A stretch of DNA of 64,000 bases from an uncultured Verrucomicrobiae bacterium (GTDB lineage Bacteria > Verrucomicrobiota > Verrucomicrobiia > Limisphaerales > Palsa-1400). The position numbers were made by a program, and so were the translations under genes. Below, piece by piece: positions 1 to 11,551 of this stretch (positions are counted from its first letter, which is position 1; each line of letters begins with the position of its first letter). Under the pieces are notes generated by a model, which saw only the letters and a list, made by a program, of their open reading frames with translations, was not told the origin of the DNA and searched no databases. The stretch lies in assembly GCA_963702845.1 (NCBI GenBank), contig OY969763.1, positions 1,152,001-1,216,000 on the forward strand, read 5' to 3'.

Positions 1-438
1 TTAGCTGCCGATTTTTAGGTGCTGCATTCGAGCCCAATTTCTTCCTTCATCTTGATTTCGGACAGCCTGCGTTGGCGACGCATCCGCCTCCTGCTCTCAT
101 TTTCCGTTATGCGCTCTTTGCGTCGTTTCGCAGCCGCTCACTTCAGAGGGGCAGCGATTTACCGGCTCGCTATTGAGTCTCCTCAGAACAGCGTGCCTGT
201 CGACGGGGGGCTTTCGAGAGTTTCTAAGCGCCTGAGAACGGTTCCAACGCATAAAAGCCATGCAGGACGAATATTCGATCAACGAGATGATAGAATGATA
301 GGAATTTGCTTTTCGCACGCTAGCTCGGTGAAGCTGTCAATAAATCGGCGTTTACTCCGGTGGGGGTTTCTGTAGGGTTCGTAACATGGCCAGGTTATCG
401 CATGAACCGAACGCAAAGTCTTTTGGGCTTTCCTCGAT

Positions 439-619
439 TAGATTGACAGAGAGTGTCTGAACGTGTGAGCTAGGGCCAGCACACGTGAACAACGAAACGC
501 GCACCCGAAAAAAATATCATGAAAGCATCAAGCGTTCCGCCGTTGATCATCTGATGCTCAGCGGCAAGTCGGTTCGGCAGAACGCCGCCGAGTTAGGCGT
601 CACACTCCTTGTCAATCAA
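439..619 (+). mobile_element. Internally deleted IS3-family remnant (MITE-like) carrying the first ~39 codons of OrfA
   Basis: ORF at 485 reads RTRKKYHESIKRSAVDHLMLSGKSVRQNAAELGV, like an IS3 OrfA HTH start. It is bounded by inverted repeats GATTGACAGAGAGTGT (441-456) and ACACTCCTTGTCAATC (602-617), 14/16 complementary. Confidence 0.65.
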
Positions 620-928
620 ATCAAGACAAGCCCAAATCCAGCGCGGTCCGTTGCCGGAGGAAATTTATCCTGAACGGGATCAGGATGGCGCCAAGGGGGA
701 GTAAGATCAGCCTGTTCGGAAATGCGCTACTGCGCGGAGCAATTCGTGCCGTTTCTTTTTATCCGCCCGCCCGGTTTTACATTCTGATCGGATTTTTCAT
801 CCCCTGTGCGCGACTCGCACACTCCCCCGAACGCAGAATCTCGCTTAAAACAAGAAAGTGCAGAAAACAATCTGACGGAACCGCGTTCGCTTGGAACTCG
901 TGATTCTCACTGGCAAAAATTATTTGAA

Positions 929-3900
929 ATGAATATGAAAAATAAACTTGCTCATGCGGTGCCTCTTTTGGCGTCACTCGCCCTGATTTTCTGGTTGGGG
1001 GCCTGTTCGGCGCAAGCGGCTTCACACACTTGGGCGGGCGTGGGCATCACCGGCAACTGGAGTTTGCCGGCGAACTGGGCGGCCAATAATCCCCCGGCCG
1101 CCGGTGAAGCCGCGCCGGTCTCCCTTACTTTTCCGTCGGGTGCAGCGCAATTGAATAACACGAACAATCTTGGTGGCCTCGTCGTTGACTCGCTGACCTT
1201 CAGCGGTTCGGGCTACAATCTCAACGGTTCGGGGGTTGGCACCAACCTCACGTTGCATGGTGGCGGCGGCACAGTGGTGCTGAATTTCGGCAACACCACG
1301 AATACTTTTAACACGTCCCTTAATCTGATCTTGTCGAACAACGTCCCGGTCACCGTCAACTCCGGGGGCAGCCTGCTCGTGGACGGACAGATGCTGGGCC
1401 AGGGCGGTTTCACCAAGCAAGGCGTTGGTGCGATGACGATCTTGAGCCTGTTCAACAATACTTACGCCGGCAGCACTTTTGTCACCGCTGGGACGCTCAA
1501 GCTCGACGCCGGTTATTTCACCGGCGTGTTTCCGCTGTTCGTGTTTCATCCCCAACTCGCCGTGCCGGGCTATTTGGAAATCGGCAACTCAACGGTGCCA
1601 GCCTCGGTGCAATTGCTGGCCAACTCACAATTGCCCACCTCCGCGACCTTGCAGATTGACAATGATGGCGTGCTGGACTTGAACAATAATTCCACCACTT
1701 GCGGCCCGCTCGTTTTCAGCGGCGCCGGGCCGGGCGCGAGCTCGCCGGTGGCGCAATCGGGGACGGGAACCTTGACGTTAAACGGCGATGTCAGCGGCGT
1801 TGGCGGTAATCTCACCGGCATTCTTTCACTGGGCGATCCAGTCGGCAGTTCAACTTCAACGCGGGATACCTTTATGTTACCGCGACAATTATTGATGGCG
1901 GCGGCTCCGCGGGCATCATCAACAATGGATTATCCGGGATTATTTTGGGCTCCGCTAACAGCTTCAGCGGCAAGACGGTCATCAATTCCGGTGTTGTCGA
2001 AGCCTGGAATGCCAATGCGTTCGGCACCGGCGCGGGCGGCGTGGCAGTTAATAGTGGCGGGCAGTTGATTCTTGGTTATGGCGGCGCCGCCGTGACCATC
2101 ACCAATGCCAGTCTGACCTTGAACAGCGGGGGCTATCTTGGCATTGACGCATTGACTTCCTCCGGCTCCAACAACTGGGCTGGTCCGATCATTATCGCCT
2201 CGGACAGCTTGATGGGTTGCCCGTCGAATAGCGTTCTCAACTTGAGCGGCGCGATTTCCGGGCCGGGCAACTTGTTCGTGGGAGGCCCGTATGATTCGTT
2301 TGGCGTGACGATTTTTTCCGGAACGAGCGACAATACGTTCGGCGGCACATTGACCGTGAACGGCACCAATACGGTGCAGTTGAACAAATCCAGCGGCGCG
2401 ACGGCGGTGCCGGGCGCGCTGGTCATCGGCAACGACGTGGACCCAGAGGACAGCGCTGTGGTTCAGTTGCTGGCGAACAATCAGATCGCCAACTCCGCTG
2501 CCATCACGGTTTTTCCCTCGGGCGACCTCGATTTGAAAATCTACAACGAAACCATCGGTCCGTTGACGGTAAGCGGGGATGTCTTTGGTACCGGACTGCT
2601 GACATTGAACGGCAACGTGACCAACAATGACGCAAATGGCTTCGGTTATATTGGCTGTCCGCTTTCGCTTGGAGGCCAGACGCGGGTTTTTAATCCGGGC
2701 GCCGGCGGCATAGACGTGGGTGGCAACACTACCGATGGCGGCGGCAGTGCGGGGATAACGAAACTCGGCTACGGAACCTTGCGACTGGACGGTTCCAATT
2801 CGTTCAGCGGCACTTTGACGATTAACGCGGGTCAACTCTTTGTCACCGACGATCACGCTCTTGGAGCCGTGTCAGGCGCCGTGATTTTGGATGACGCAGC
2901 TACCTTGGCGCTGGGTAGCCACCAAGTCGCCAACAAGTCGCTGACCGTAAATTCCATTTCCGGTAGCTATTTTGATTATTATGGAACAAACCTGTGGACC
3001 GGGCCGGTCACGCTCAATGGTCCGCTGTTTTGTGAGAATAATTATCTGGCTCCATCCGACCAGATCACCTTCAGTAATATCATCAGCGGAACGGGCGACC
3101 TGACAATGTTGGGTAACGGACGGATCGCTTTCTCCGGCTCGCAGGACAACACTTTTACCGGCACAACCTTCGTCAATTCCGGCATCTTGAATCTGCAAAA
3201 GTCCGCCAACCGCGTCGCGATTCCAGGAAATTTGATCATCGGCGATTCATATGATTCGGCCATGAACGCGCAGGTGACGCTTTCCGCTAACGAACAGATC
3301 AAACAGGGCGCTGGAAATCTTGTGCGGATTTACAACTCCGGCTTTCTCAATCTCAACTCCCACACTGAAACCATCCCTCAGCTCAATCTTTGGGACAGTG
3401 CGCTAGTGGACAGCGGCTTTGGCGGCCTGCTGGTCTTGAACGGCAACGTCACGATGGATGCGGCCACGACTTCATCACCAGTCTTCAGCGGCAATCTCTC
3501 GCTCGGCGGAACGAACCGCACTTTTCTGTTCAATGGCAACACCAATCTATCCTCTTCCACTTCGCTCAATATCTTCGCGTCCATCAGTGATGGCGGCAAT
3601 GCCGCCGGGTTCACCTCCAAGAATGGTATCTTGAAATTGATTGCCAACAATTCGTTCGCCGGGCCGGTGATAGTTGATGGCGGCACCGTTTATGCGGAGA
3701 ACTTACTTGCATTTGGCAGCACGGCTTCGGGCGTGGTGCTGACGAACGGCGCGTATATACTGACTTACGTCAACATCACCAATGAGTCGCTCACCACAAC
3801 CGGAGCCCAGACCTGCGGGATGATCAGCGCTGGCTCCAATTTTTGGACCGGGTCGATCCAACTGCTGGCGGATACGAGGTTTGAAGTGGATTCCAGCAAC

Positions 3901-5070
3901 GATGCCTTCGTCGTCACCGGCGCGGTCAATGGCACGGCAAATTTATTTCCCATCGGCCTCGGCACGGTTGGCTTTGCCGGCTCGGCCGCGAATGTTCTCA
4001 CCGGCACGATCATTTCCTCCGTCAACACCTTGGAGTTGGCGCGAATCGGAGCGACGGCCGTGTATGGCGCGCTGCAAATCACCAACGGCACCGTGCGCTG
4101 GAAAACTTCCAACCAGGTTCTCGACACCAGCGCTGTCACCGTGACTGCTCCTGGCGTGGCCGATCTCAACGGCTTCACCGAAACCATCGGCGATTTCTCC
4201 GGCAACGGCACCATGCTGCTTGGCGGCGGCCTGCTCGCGGTGGGCGGGGCCAATCCCACCAACACGTTCAGCGGCGCCATCACCGGCAACGCGCTCTGCG
4301 AATTCGACAAGAACGCCGGCAACACCCTCATCCTTTCCGGCGCGAATACTTTTTCCGGCAACACGCTGGTCAAGGGAGGCACGCTCGTGGCGAACGGCAC
4401 TCCGGCGGCTGCAGACGTGTATGTTAGCCCGGGCGCGACTCTCGGTGGGACCGGCACAATCGGGAATCTTTATGATCTCGGCGGTAATATCAGTCCCGGC
4501 AACGGCGCCGGCAAATTGAACTGCGGCTATGCCACCTTCAACAGCGGCTCCACGCTCTTCATAAACCTCAACGGCACAAGCCCTGCGACCGGCTACAACC
4601 AGCTCAACGCCGTCGGTGTAGTCACCATTAATTCCGGCGTGAATTTGAGTGTCACCAAAACATTCGCCGGCGCGGTCAGCAACCAGTTTGTCATTCTCAA
4701 CAATGATCTCACCGATGCGGTCGCCGGAACGTTCGCCGGGTTGACCAACGGCGCGACCTTTACTGCGGGCGGCACAAGTTTCCGCGTTAATTATGACGGG
4801 GGCACCGGCAACGACATCGTGCTCACGCAACTCACCAGCGTAGGCCCGTCGCAAATTGGCGGCATTTCCAGACTGGGCAACGGCTCGGTTCAATTTACCG
4901 GATCGGGCGTGGCGAACCTGTTTTACACCGTGCAGGCGAACACGAATCTCGCCACCGCAACCTGGATCACCATCGGCACGACCAATGCGGGCGCGGGTGG
5001 AATACTGCAATTCACCGACACCAATGCGCCGAATTTCAAAGAACGGTACTATCGCTTTTCGTTTCCGTGA
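929..5070 (+). CDS. Secreted autotransporter-associated beta-strand-repeat (PATR) protein, ~1380 aa, frameshifted near 1840-1940; no beta-barrel
   Basis: Signal peptide MKNKLAHAVPLLASLALIFWLGACSAQA. Repeats such as FTKQGVGAMTIL..NNTYAGSTFVTAGTL and ITKLGYGTLRLDGSNSFSGTLTINAGQL span ORFs 806-2068 and 1945-5070. Ends RYYRFSFP. Confidence 0.85.
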
Positions 5071-5100
5071 TTTCTCGCAAATCATTTTAATCCGCCACTT

Positions 5101-5382
5101 GTGAAACAAAGCCTCCTCAACATTCTCGCCGCATCCGTTTTGGTCACCCCGGCGGCGGCCTAGACGGCCAATCTACCGCCCTCGCCCATTGTGCAGTTCT
5201 GGGGCGACGGATGGCAGCTCTGGACTTGGGGGAGTGATGTGGCGGGCAAGTTGGGCGACAACCAGTCGTGTGTAGATTACAACGATCCACGCTACGACAA
5301 TCATATCCCGATGAAGGTCCACGGGCTGGATTTGTTTGATAGCGCGAGAAACCGACCCCCTTTATGTTCACAAGCCAACTAA
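5101..5382 (+). pseudogene. Truncated secreted RCC1-repeat-like protein remnant
   Basis: GTG 5101 gives signal-like MKQSLLNILAASVLVTPAAA, then an in-frame TAG (5161-5163), then LWTWGSDVAGKLGDNQ..PMKVHGL (RCC1-like). It runs into the convergent PLD gene. Confidence 0.45.
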
Positions 5383-7481
5383 AGCGGATTCAGCAGGACG
5401 TCTGCCAGGGAGTCTTTCCATGCCGTCGGCAACTCCTCTTTCAGCTCCCCGCCTCTGTTGAAGTCGGTCTCGAAAAGGTCGTGCCTGAGCTTGGCGGCGA
5501 AGGCTGGATTCGATGTCGCCAGATTGTCTTCACGATTCAGCCTGAGGCTCAGGGCATCGAAGTTGGCGGAACCGAAGCATGACCAACCATCCACCAGCAG
5601 CGCCTTGACGTGAGTCATACCGGGATAAATATAGACGCGTATTCCTTGCTCCCTGAGATGATTTGCAGTCACCACGTTGCTTCTGCGTCCTGCGATCAGG
5701 TCGTTTTCAGAGGGCAAAATGACGCGCACATCCACGCCCCGTCGACGGGCGCGCACGAGGGCGTTGACAAACTCGTTGCTGTATAAATAGGGATTTTCAG
5801 CAAAGACGTAGCCGGAAGCCCGGTTGATCGCGGCCAGTTCCGCCTTACGGATCTGGCGGTTGAAGTTTTTGGTGTAGAGCCGGCGGAGTTCAATCAGGTC
5901 GGTACTGGGCTCGTGGCTCGTGCCCGGCCTCTTTCCGCCGAGGGATTCTGCGGCCAGGCCAATATCACCCCAAGGCCCGCCCTGGGACCACATCTTGTCG
6001 AATTGTCGTTGGTAGGAGGCCACAACTGGCCCCTGGACCTCCACCATGAAGTCGTGCCATTCGTATCGGTATTCCCGGCCCACGTTCATTCCGCCAACGT
6101 AAGCGTAACGTCCATCCACCAAGTAGAGCTTCTGGTGGTCCACAGTGAGGACTGGATTCGGTTCCGGGCGGACACGAACTTCTGAATCGTGGCGGAGGTA
6201 GGGCGCAATGGATTTGGGCTCGGTGAACCCCGCGGGCATCTGCGTGCCGGGCGGGATCGCTTCCGCCATGCGCGTCATCATCCGATCGAAGATCACCCTT
6301 ACCTCGATGTTCGTAGACCGCTGCTTGAGCCGGTTCGCCACTTCCACCGAGACGTCATCCCGGTCAAAAATGCAGGCCAACATGGCGACACCGTGCTGCG
6401 CTTCCGCCACCCGGCGTTCGAAAAGGGGAAAAAATTCATTCCCGCCGATGAGCAACCGCAGCGAGCCCTGTTCGCGCGGTGCGTGCGTGTGGTGATCGAG
6501 CCATTGTTCCCACGCCGCCAGATCCATCCCCGAGGCATGGGTCACGGGAGGAATTTCCGATTTTGGATTCGCCTGACGGTGCAGCAGGGTCAGCGGCCAT
6601 TGAACGACTTGGTTGACTGCCCGCGTCGAAGAGGTGATGGGGTTCTTCAGGAAAGCCAACGCGTTGTCAATCACGGCGAAGGAAACCAGGTTCTTAAGCT
6701 TGCTTCCATATCGAGCAATCACGTGAGGGTTATCGACCTTTCCTGGTAAGTATAAAACGACGACTCGCCGTTGGGTCAGGTCGAGAAATGCCAAGCGCAT
6801 CCGGCTGCCGTGCCCGATTGCCAGCGCAAAGGTGGTTCGACCCGGGTAAGCGGTCCTCAGAATGGTTTCGAGTTCCGTGGCCGCGGCAGAAGCAAGCCCT
6901 TGCCGGGTGTAATGCCGGTCGATCGTGACATTGACTGGCGGGTTCGTAGCGAGTTGGACCTTGCCGTCCGCATTGCGATACAGCGTCGCTTCCCCCAATG
7001 CAAATCGGCAGAGGATGCCATGGCCGGGCTCGGGCGGGACAAGGCGATCAGCCACTTTGCGGAGGAAACGGTCCGCCTCGGCCTGAGACAGCACGGTCAC
7101 CTCGTGCCAGCCCGAGTTCGGGCCAGGAATTGTTTTTGGCGACTTGCTGGGTTGAAGGGTGGCACTGCCATAAACGAACTTTTCCGGCGTCACCCGCGGC
7201 AATACCCAAGTCGCCTTCAACATCCACATCTGGCCCCCGTTGGTGTAGCTGATAAGGATTTTGTGGTCCTGGACAAAAGCGCGTGGATGCAGATTTGTCC
7301 GGTTCCCCAAGTTTGCCGGTTGCTTGCCATCGTCGTCCGATGGACTGGAAGCAGCAACAGGTGCAGCGGCCAAGAGCGCAACGACCAGCACAGACAGCAC
7401 GGCCAGAAAACGACCCACACCGTCCAATACCTGCAGAACGTGTCGCCGAGCCTGGCTTCCGACCTCGAACTTTTTAGTCAT
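5379..7481 (-). CDS. Phospholipase D / cardiolipin synthase family protein with long N-terminal extension
   Basis: Two HKD motifs: HQKLYLVD..GGMN and HVKALLVD..GSANFD. Hydrophobic N-terminal segment. Confidence 0.9.
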   Translation of the reverse strand: MTKKFEVGSQARRHVLQVLDGVGRFLAVLSVLVVALLAAAPVAASSPSDDDGKQPANLGNRTNLHPRAFVQDHKILISYTNGGQMWMLKATWVLPRVTPEKFVYGSATLQPSKSPKTIPGPNSGWHEVTVLSQAEADRFLRKVADRLVPPEPGHGILCRFALGEATLYRNADGKVQLATNPPVNVTIDRHYTRQGLASAAATELETILRTAYPGRTTFALAIGHGSRMRLAFLDLTQRRVVVLYLPGKVDNPHVIARYGSKLKNLVSFAVIDNALAFLKNPITSSTRAVNQVVQWPLTLLHRQANPKSEIPPVTHASGMDLAAWEQWLDHHTHAPREQGSLRLLIGGNEFFPLFERRVAEAQHGVAMLACIFDRDDVSVEVANRLKQRSTNIEVRVIFDRMMTRMAEAIPPGTQMPAGFTEPKSIAPYLRHDSEVRVRPEPNPVLTVDHQKLYLVDGRYAYVGGMNVGREYRYEWHDFMVEVQGPVVASYQRQFDKMWSQGGPWGDIGLAAESLGGKRPGTSHEPSTDLIELRRLYTKNFNRQIRKAELAAINRASGYVFAENPYLYSNEFVNALVRARRRGVDVRVILPSENDLIAGRRSNVVTANHLREQGIRVYIYPGMTHVKALLVDGWSCFGSANFDALSLRLNREDNLATSNPAFAAKLRHDLFETDFNRGGELKEELPTAWKDSLADVLLNPL

Positions 7482-7771
7482 TTAGGATCACCAACCTATT
7501 ATTTGACTGCGAAGTAGACACGGTTGGCATATACACAAGCATCATTAGACTTATAACAGGAATGAGGCTGCAGGCTTTGGCGCAAGCCAACAATCGGGCA
7601 GGAACCTGAAAGGCTCATGCGATATTCTGTCAATCAAAGCTCGCGAAGGCTTCCCCTACGAATGGATATTGCGGATAGGTCGGCACACGCCGATAACCCG
7701 CGCTAACAAACCAAAGTCAAACGCCCTTTTGACTCTTTCGTTATGCCATATGGTCTTAGGCTCCTTTACCG

Positions 7772-8485
7772 ATGATTAAATCAACCGTAGAACAAATTCG
7801 AGAGCGTTTCGACGGCGACGTTGAGCGGTTTTCCAACCTTGAGACCGGTCAATCGGCCACGATTGACGCACCATTGTCGCTGGCTTTGATTGCAGGCGCC
7901 GCCGCACAGGTGACGCCTGGCGCATCCTCGCTTTTGGATGTTGGCTGCGGGGCAGGTAATTATGCGCTCAAGATGTTGGAGCGATTGCCTAACCTTGATG
8001 TCACGCTGATTGATTTGAGCCGTCCGATGTTGGATCGCGCCGTCGAGCGTGTCAGTCGGGCGACAACCGGCCGAGTCACCGCATTGCAGGGCGATGTTCG
8101 GGAGTTGCAGCTTGGCGAGTCGCAGTTTGACATCATCTGTGCCGCGGCGGTTTTGCACCATCTTCGAGAGACCGACGAGTGGCGCAGCGTTTTTTGCAAG
8201 TTTTACGCCTCGCTCAAAGCGGGCGGCTCGCTTTGGATTTCAGATTTGATTGAGCATTCGGACGCGCGAGTGCAGTCGCTCATGTGGGAGCGGTATGGTG
8301 TATATTTGTCGCAGCTTAAAGATAAGTCCTATCGTGACCAGGTTTTTGATTACATCGCGAAGGAAGATTCCCCGCGGCCTTTGATGTTCCAGTTAGATCT
8401 TTTACGTTCGATTGGATTCAGCCAGGTTGAGGTTTTACACAAGAATAGTTGTTTTGCAGCCTTTGGTGGTATCAAAGGAACCTAA
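7772..8485 (+). CDS. Class I SAM-dependent methyltransferase (CmoA-like)
   Basis: Motif I LLDVGCGAG, plus IDLS, GDVR and FDII..VLHH. Confidence 0.88.
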   Translation: MIKSTVEQIRERFDGDVERFSNLETGQSATIDAPLSLALIAGAAAQVTPGASSLLDVGCGAGNYALKMLERLPNLDVTLIDLSRPMLDRAVERVSRATTGRVTALQGDVRELQLGESQFDIICAAAVLHHLRETDEWRSVFCKFYASLKAGGSLWISDLIEHSDARVQSLMWERYGVYLSQLKDKSYRDQVFDYIAKEDSPRPLMFQLDLLRSIGFSQVEVLHKNSCFAAFGGIKGT

Positions 8486-8706
8486 CAAGTCGCGAGCCTG
8501 TGTGAAAACTTCCGGGCATCATTGACTGAGTAGGCCGGCTAGAAGGTTTTGCAGGTTGTCGATTCGGATTGAAAGTTAGCGAAGTGATGGACCACCAGTG
8601 GTTACAGCAATTACACTCCTATGGGCTGCTGCGCGGTGCCTTCCGTAGTCCGGCGTTTCCTCAGAAATTTTCCCAAGGCGTTGCTCACAGTGTGCTACAC
8701 GATTAG

Positions 8707-9282
8707 TCAAGGGAAGAGAGAGGCTTCAGGAGGAAGTTCACGGATCACGCGAGCCGGATTGCCGGCCGCAATCACATCGGAGGGAATATCCCGGGTGACG
8801 ATGCTTCCTGCACCGATTACCGACCGATCTCCGATGGTTGCGCCGGGGCAGATGATGGCGCCGCCTCCCACCCACACGTCCGAACCGATGGTGATTGGTC
8901 TTGCCGATTCAAGCCACTTGCGGCGCTCAGCGGCGCTGATCGGGTGTGTGGCAGTGTAGATTTGCACCGATGGAGCAAAGAGCACATTGTTGCCTATGGT
9001 GACTTCCGCGCAGTCGAGCACGACACAGTTGAAGTTGAAGAAGACCTTGATGCCCATGACGATGTTCGTGCCGTAGTCGCAGAAAAAGGGCGGCTGAACC
9101 CAGGCGTCTGTCGCCTTGCCAAAGAGTTCGGCAAGCAGGCGCTGCCGTTCTTCCTTCTGGTCTTCACGAGTGGCATTGAGCAACAGGCACAGGTCGCGAC
9201 ACCGATCGCGCTCCCGGCAAAGCTGCGGTTCCAGCGGATCGTAAAGCTCGCCTGCGAGCATCTTGTCTTTTTCCGTTTTCAT
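8707..9282 (-). CDS. maa: Sugar (maltose) O-acetyltransferase
   Basis: MKTEKDKMLAGELYDP, PPFFCDYG, hexapeptide repeats, AGNPARVIR. True start taken as ATG at 9282. Confidence 0.9.
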   Translation of the reverse strand: MKTEKDKMLAGELYDPLEPQLCRERDRCRDLCLLLNATREDQKEERQRLLAELFGKATDAWVQPPFFCDYGTNIVMGIKVFFNFNCVVLDCAEVTIGNNVLFAPSVQIYTATHPISAAERRKWLESARPITIGSDVWVGGGAIICPGATIGDRSVIGAGSIVTRDIPSDVIAAGNPARVIRELPPEASLFP

Positions 9283-9316
9283 CGAGCGCAGGGAGCGTTT
9301 CTGGAAAAGAGATGAT

Positions 9317-10897
9317 TTACGCTGGGCCCGCAGCCTTGATCTCGGAGCTTGCGCCGGCTTCATAAGTTTTGAAGTTTTCCTTGAAGAGGCCGGCCAGGTT
9401 TTGCGCGGTCGAATCGTAGGCGACTTTATCGGCCCAGGCGTTGCGGGGCACGAGTATTTCTGAGGGGATGTTTGGACATTCCGGGACAGTGCTGAATCCG
9501 AAAACCGGGTCGCTGACCGTTTTAGTTTTGGCAAGGGAGCCGTCGTGGATGGCGTCGATGATCGCGCGAGTATGTTTGAGGCTGATCCGTTTGCCGACGC
9601 CGTGCGCGCCACCGCACCAACCGGTGTTCACGAGCCACACGCGCGCCCGATGCTGTTTCATTTTCGCCGCCAGCAACTCGGCGTACTTGCTCGGGTGCCA
9701 CACCAGGAATGGTCCGCCAAAGCAGGGTGAAAAGGTGGCCTGCGGCTCCGTCACGCCCATTTCGGTGCCGGCGACTTTCGCGGTATAACCGCTGATGAAG
9801 TGATACATCGCATGTGCCGGCGACAGCGAACTGACCGGCGGCAAAACTCCGAAGGCGTCGCAGGTAAGAAAAATGATATCCGTAGGATGTCCCGCCATGC
9901 AGGGGATCTTCGCGCTTCGGATGAATTCAATCGGATAAGCGCCGCGCGTGTTTTGGGTAATAGTGGTGTCGGTGTAGTCGACGCCACGATCGTAATCCAG
10001 GACGACGTTTTCGAGCACGGCTCCAAAACGCAAGGCCTGGAAAATCTCCGGTTCGTTCTCCGGAGTCAGGTTAATGGCCTTGGCGTAACAACCGCCCTCG
10101 ATGTTGAAGATGCCGTCGTCGCTCCAGCAATGCTCGTCGTCGCCGATCAGGTGCCGTTTTGGATCAGCGGAAAGGGTGGTTTTGCCGGTGCCACTCAAGC
10201 CGAAGAGAAGTGAAGAGCGCCCTGTTTGCCGATCGGCCGTGGCGGAGCAGTGCATCGAGAGAATGCCGCGCTTTGGACCAAAATAGTTGGCGACCGTGAA
10301 CACGCCTTTTTTCATTTCGCCGGCGTACTCGGTGCCGAGGATGATCAATTCCCGGTCTTCCAGGCTGAGGTCGATGCTGGTGCTCGACGCCATGCCGGTG
10401 GTCAGGCGATTGGCCGGAAAAGCCCCCGCATTATAAATGGTAAAATCCGGTTTGCCGAAATTCGCCAACTCTTCCCTGGTTGGACGGATCAGCATCGTGT
10501 GCATGAACAAGGCGTGGTATGGACGCGAGCAGATCACGCGCACTTTGATCCGATACTTCGGGTCCCAGCCGGCAAAACCATCGAAACAGTAAAGCCGCTC
10601 GCGCGTGTCGAGGTAGTCGCGGGCGCGCTGGCGATTGATCGCGAAGGTGTGTTCATCGCATGGAATATTTACGGTACCCCACCAAATATCTTTTTCGGAA
10701 TTGGGATGTTTGACTACACGCTTGTCTTTTGGTGAGCGGCCGGTTTTAACGCCAGAATAGGCAACGAGCGCGCCGTTTTCAGCGATGCTGGCGTCTTTCT
10801 CGAAGCGGATGGCATGTTCGTAAAGAGAACTTGGTGGCAGGTTATGATAAACATCGGCCACCCCGAGATCATGTTCCTTCAGGTCGAAAGTTTTCAT
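9317..10897 (-). CDS. pckA: Phosphoenolpyruvate carboxykinase (ATP)
   Basis: TGRSPKDK, GTEYAGEMKK, FGLSGTGKTTLS, IGDDEH, EGGCYAK, NTRGAYP. Confidence 0.97.
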   Translation of the reverse strand: MKTFDLKEHDLGVADVYHNLPPSSLYEHAIRFEKDASIAENGALVAYSGVKTGRSPKDKRVVKHPNSEKDIWWGTVNIPCDEHTFAINRQRARDYLDTRERLYCFDGFAGWDPKYRIKVRVICSRPYHALFMHTMLIRPTREELANFGKPDFTIYNAGAFPANRLTTGMASSTSIDLSLEDRELIILGTEYAGEMKKGVFTVANYFGPKRGILSMHCSATADRQTGRSSLLFGLSGTGKTTLSADPKRHLIGDDEHCWSDDGIFNIEGGCYAKAINLTPENEPEIFQALRFGAVLENVVLDYDRGVDYTDTTITQNTRGAYPIEFIRSAKIPCMAGHPTDIIFLTCDAFGVLPPVSSLSPAHAMYHFISGYTAKVAGTEMGVTEPQATFSPCFGGPFLVWHPSKYAELLAAKMKQHRARVWLVNTGWCGGAHGVGKRISLKHTRAIIDAIHDGSLAKTKTVSDPVFGFSTVPECPNIPSEILVPRNAWADKVAYDSTAQNLAGLFKENFKTYEAGASSEIKAAGPA

Positions 10898-11073
10898 GCT
10901 ACAACATCCTTCGTGAAACACGCTGCGTCAAAACTCGAAACCTCTCTTGGAAGCCGTGAGGGCAATTTGAACCGTGCATACGGTTCGTTTATCGAAAGGA
11001 ATTCAGCTTCGCCTGCGTTGTTTGCACGCATATTGCCGACGATGTAACTAGCCAACGCCTCTGGCAAATACGC

Positions 11074-11551
11074 GTCAAAACTTTTTTGCACGTTATTTTT
11101 GCGGCGGAGTGCAACGGGATGCAGCCACTGGCGTCCCCGCAATTCTTCAAAGGGGCTTCGAAAAAATTCAGAAAAACATGTGCTAAAAATTCGCACGTGA
11201 ATGCGACCGTGAAAAACCTGTCAAACTTTTTTCAGACTGAAAAACTGCGCGTTGGTGCACGAAAACTGTACCGAGATGCACGTTGGTGCACGTCGTGGGG
11301 CTTCGCTGAAAAAAATCTTCAAAAAGGTGTGATAGAAATGTGCTCATGAACAAGAGCCCTCAGTTTCTCAATGGGCCGGCGAAGCCGGCGCGATTCTTGA
11401 CACCGCCGAAAATTTCTAAATTCTGCACCGAGTGCCGATCCCCGAATCTGGTGGGCTTCTCCGCCCCCCCAATCCCCTTGGCTTCGCCGTCCGCAAACTC
11501 TGTCAAAACTTTTTACAAACGAAAATGGCGCGTCCTTGCGCGTTGGTGCAC
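11074..11551. repeat. Dispersed direct repeats GTCAAA(A)CTTTTT x3 and GCRCGTTGGTGCAC x3
   Basis: First motif at ~11074, 11220 and 11502. Second motif at 11247, 11278 and 11538. Confidence 0.7.

Noticed and set aside
1..400. ORFs 19-375 and 97-318
   Set aside because: No motifs and atypical composition; cannot be supported.
1930..5109. Long minus-strand ORFs (1930-2856, 3943-5109)
   Set aside because: Shadows of the PATR gene caused by codon bias.
5161..5163. TAG recoding or read-through
   Set aside because: A single case in a truncated remnant; TAG is a normal stop elsewhere (lhr, imuB).
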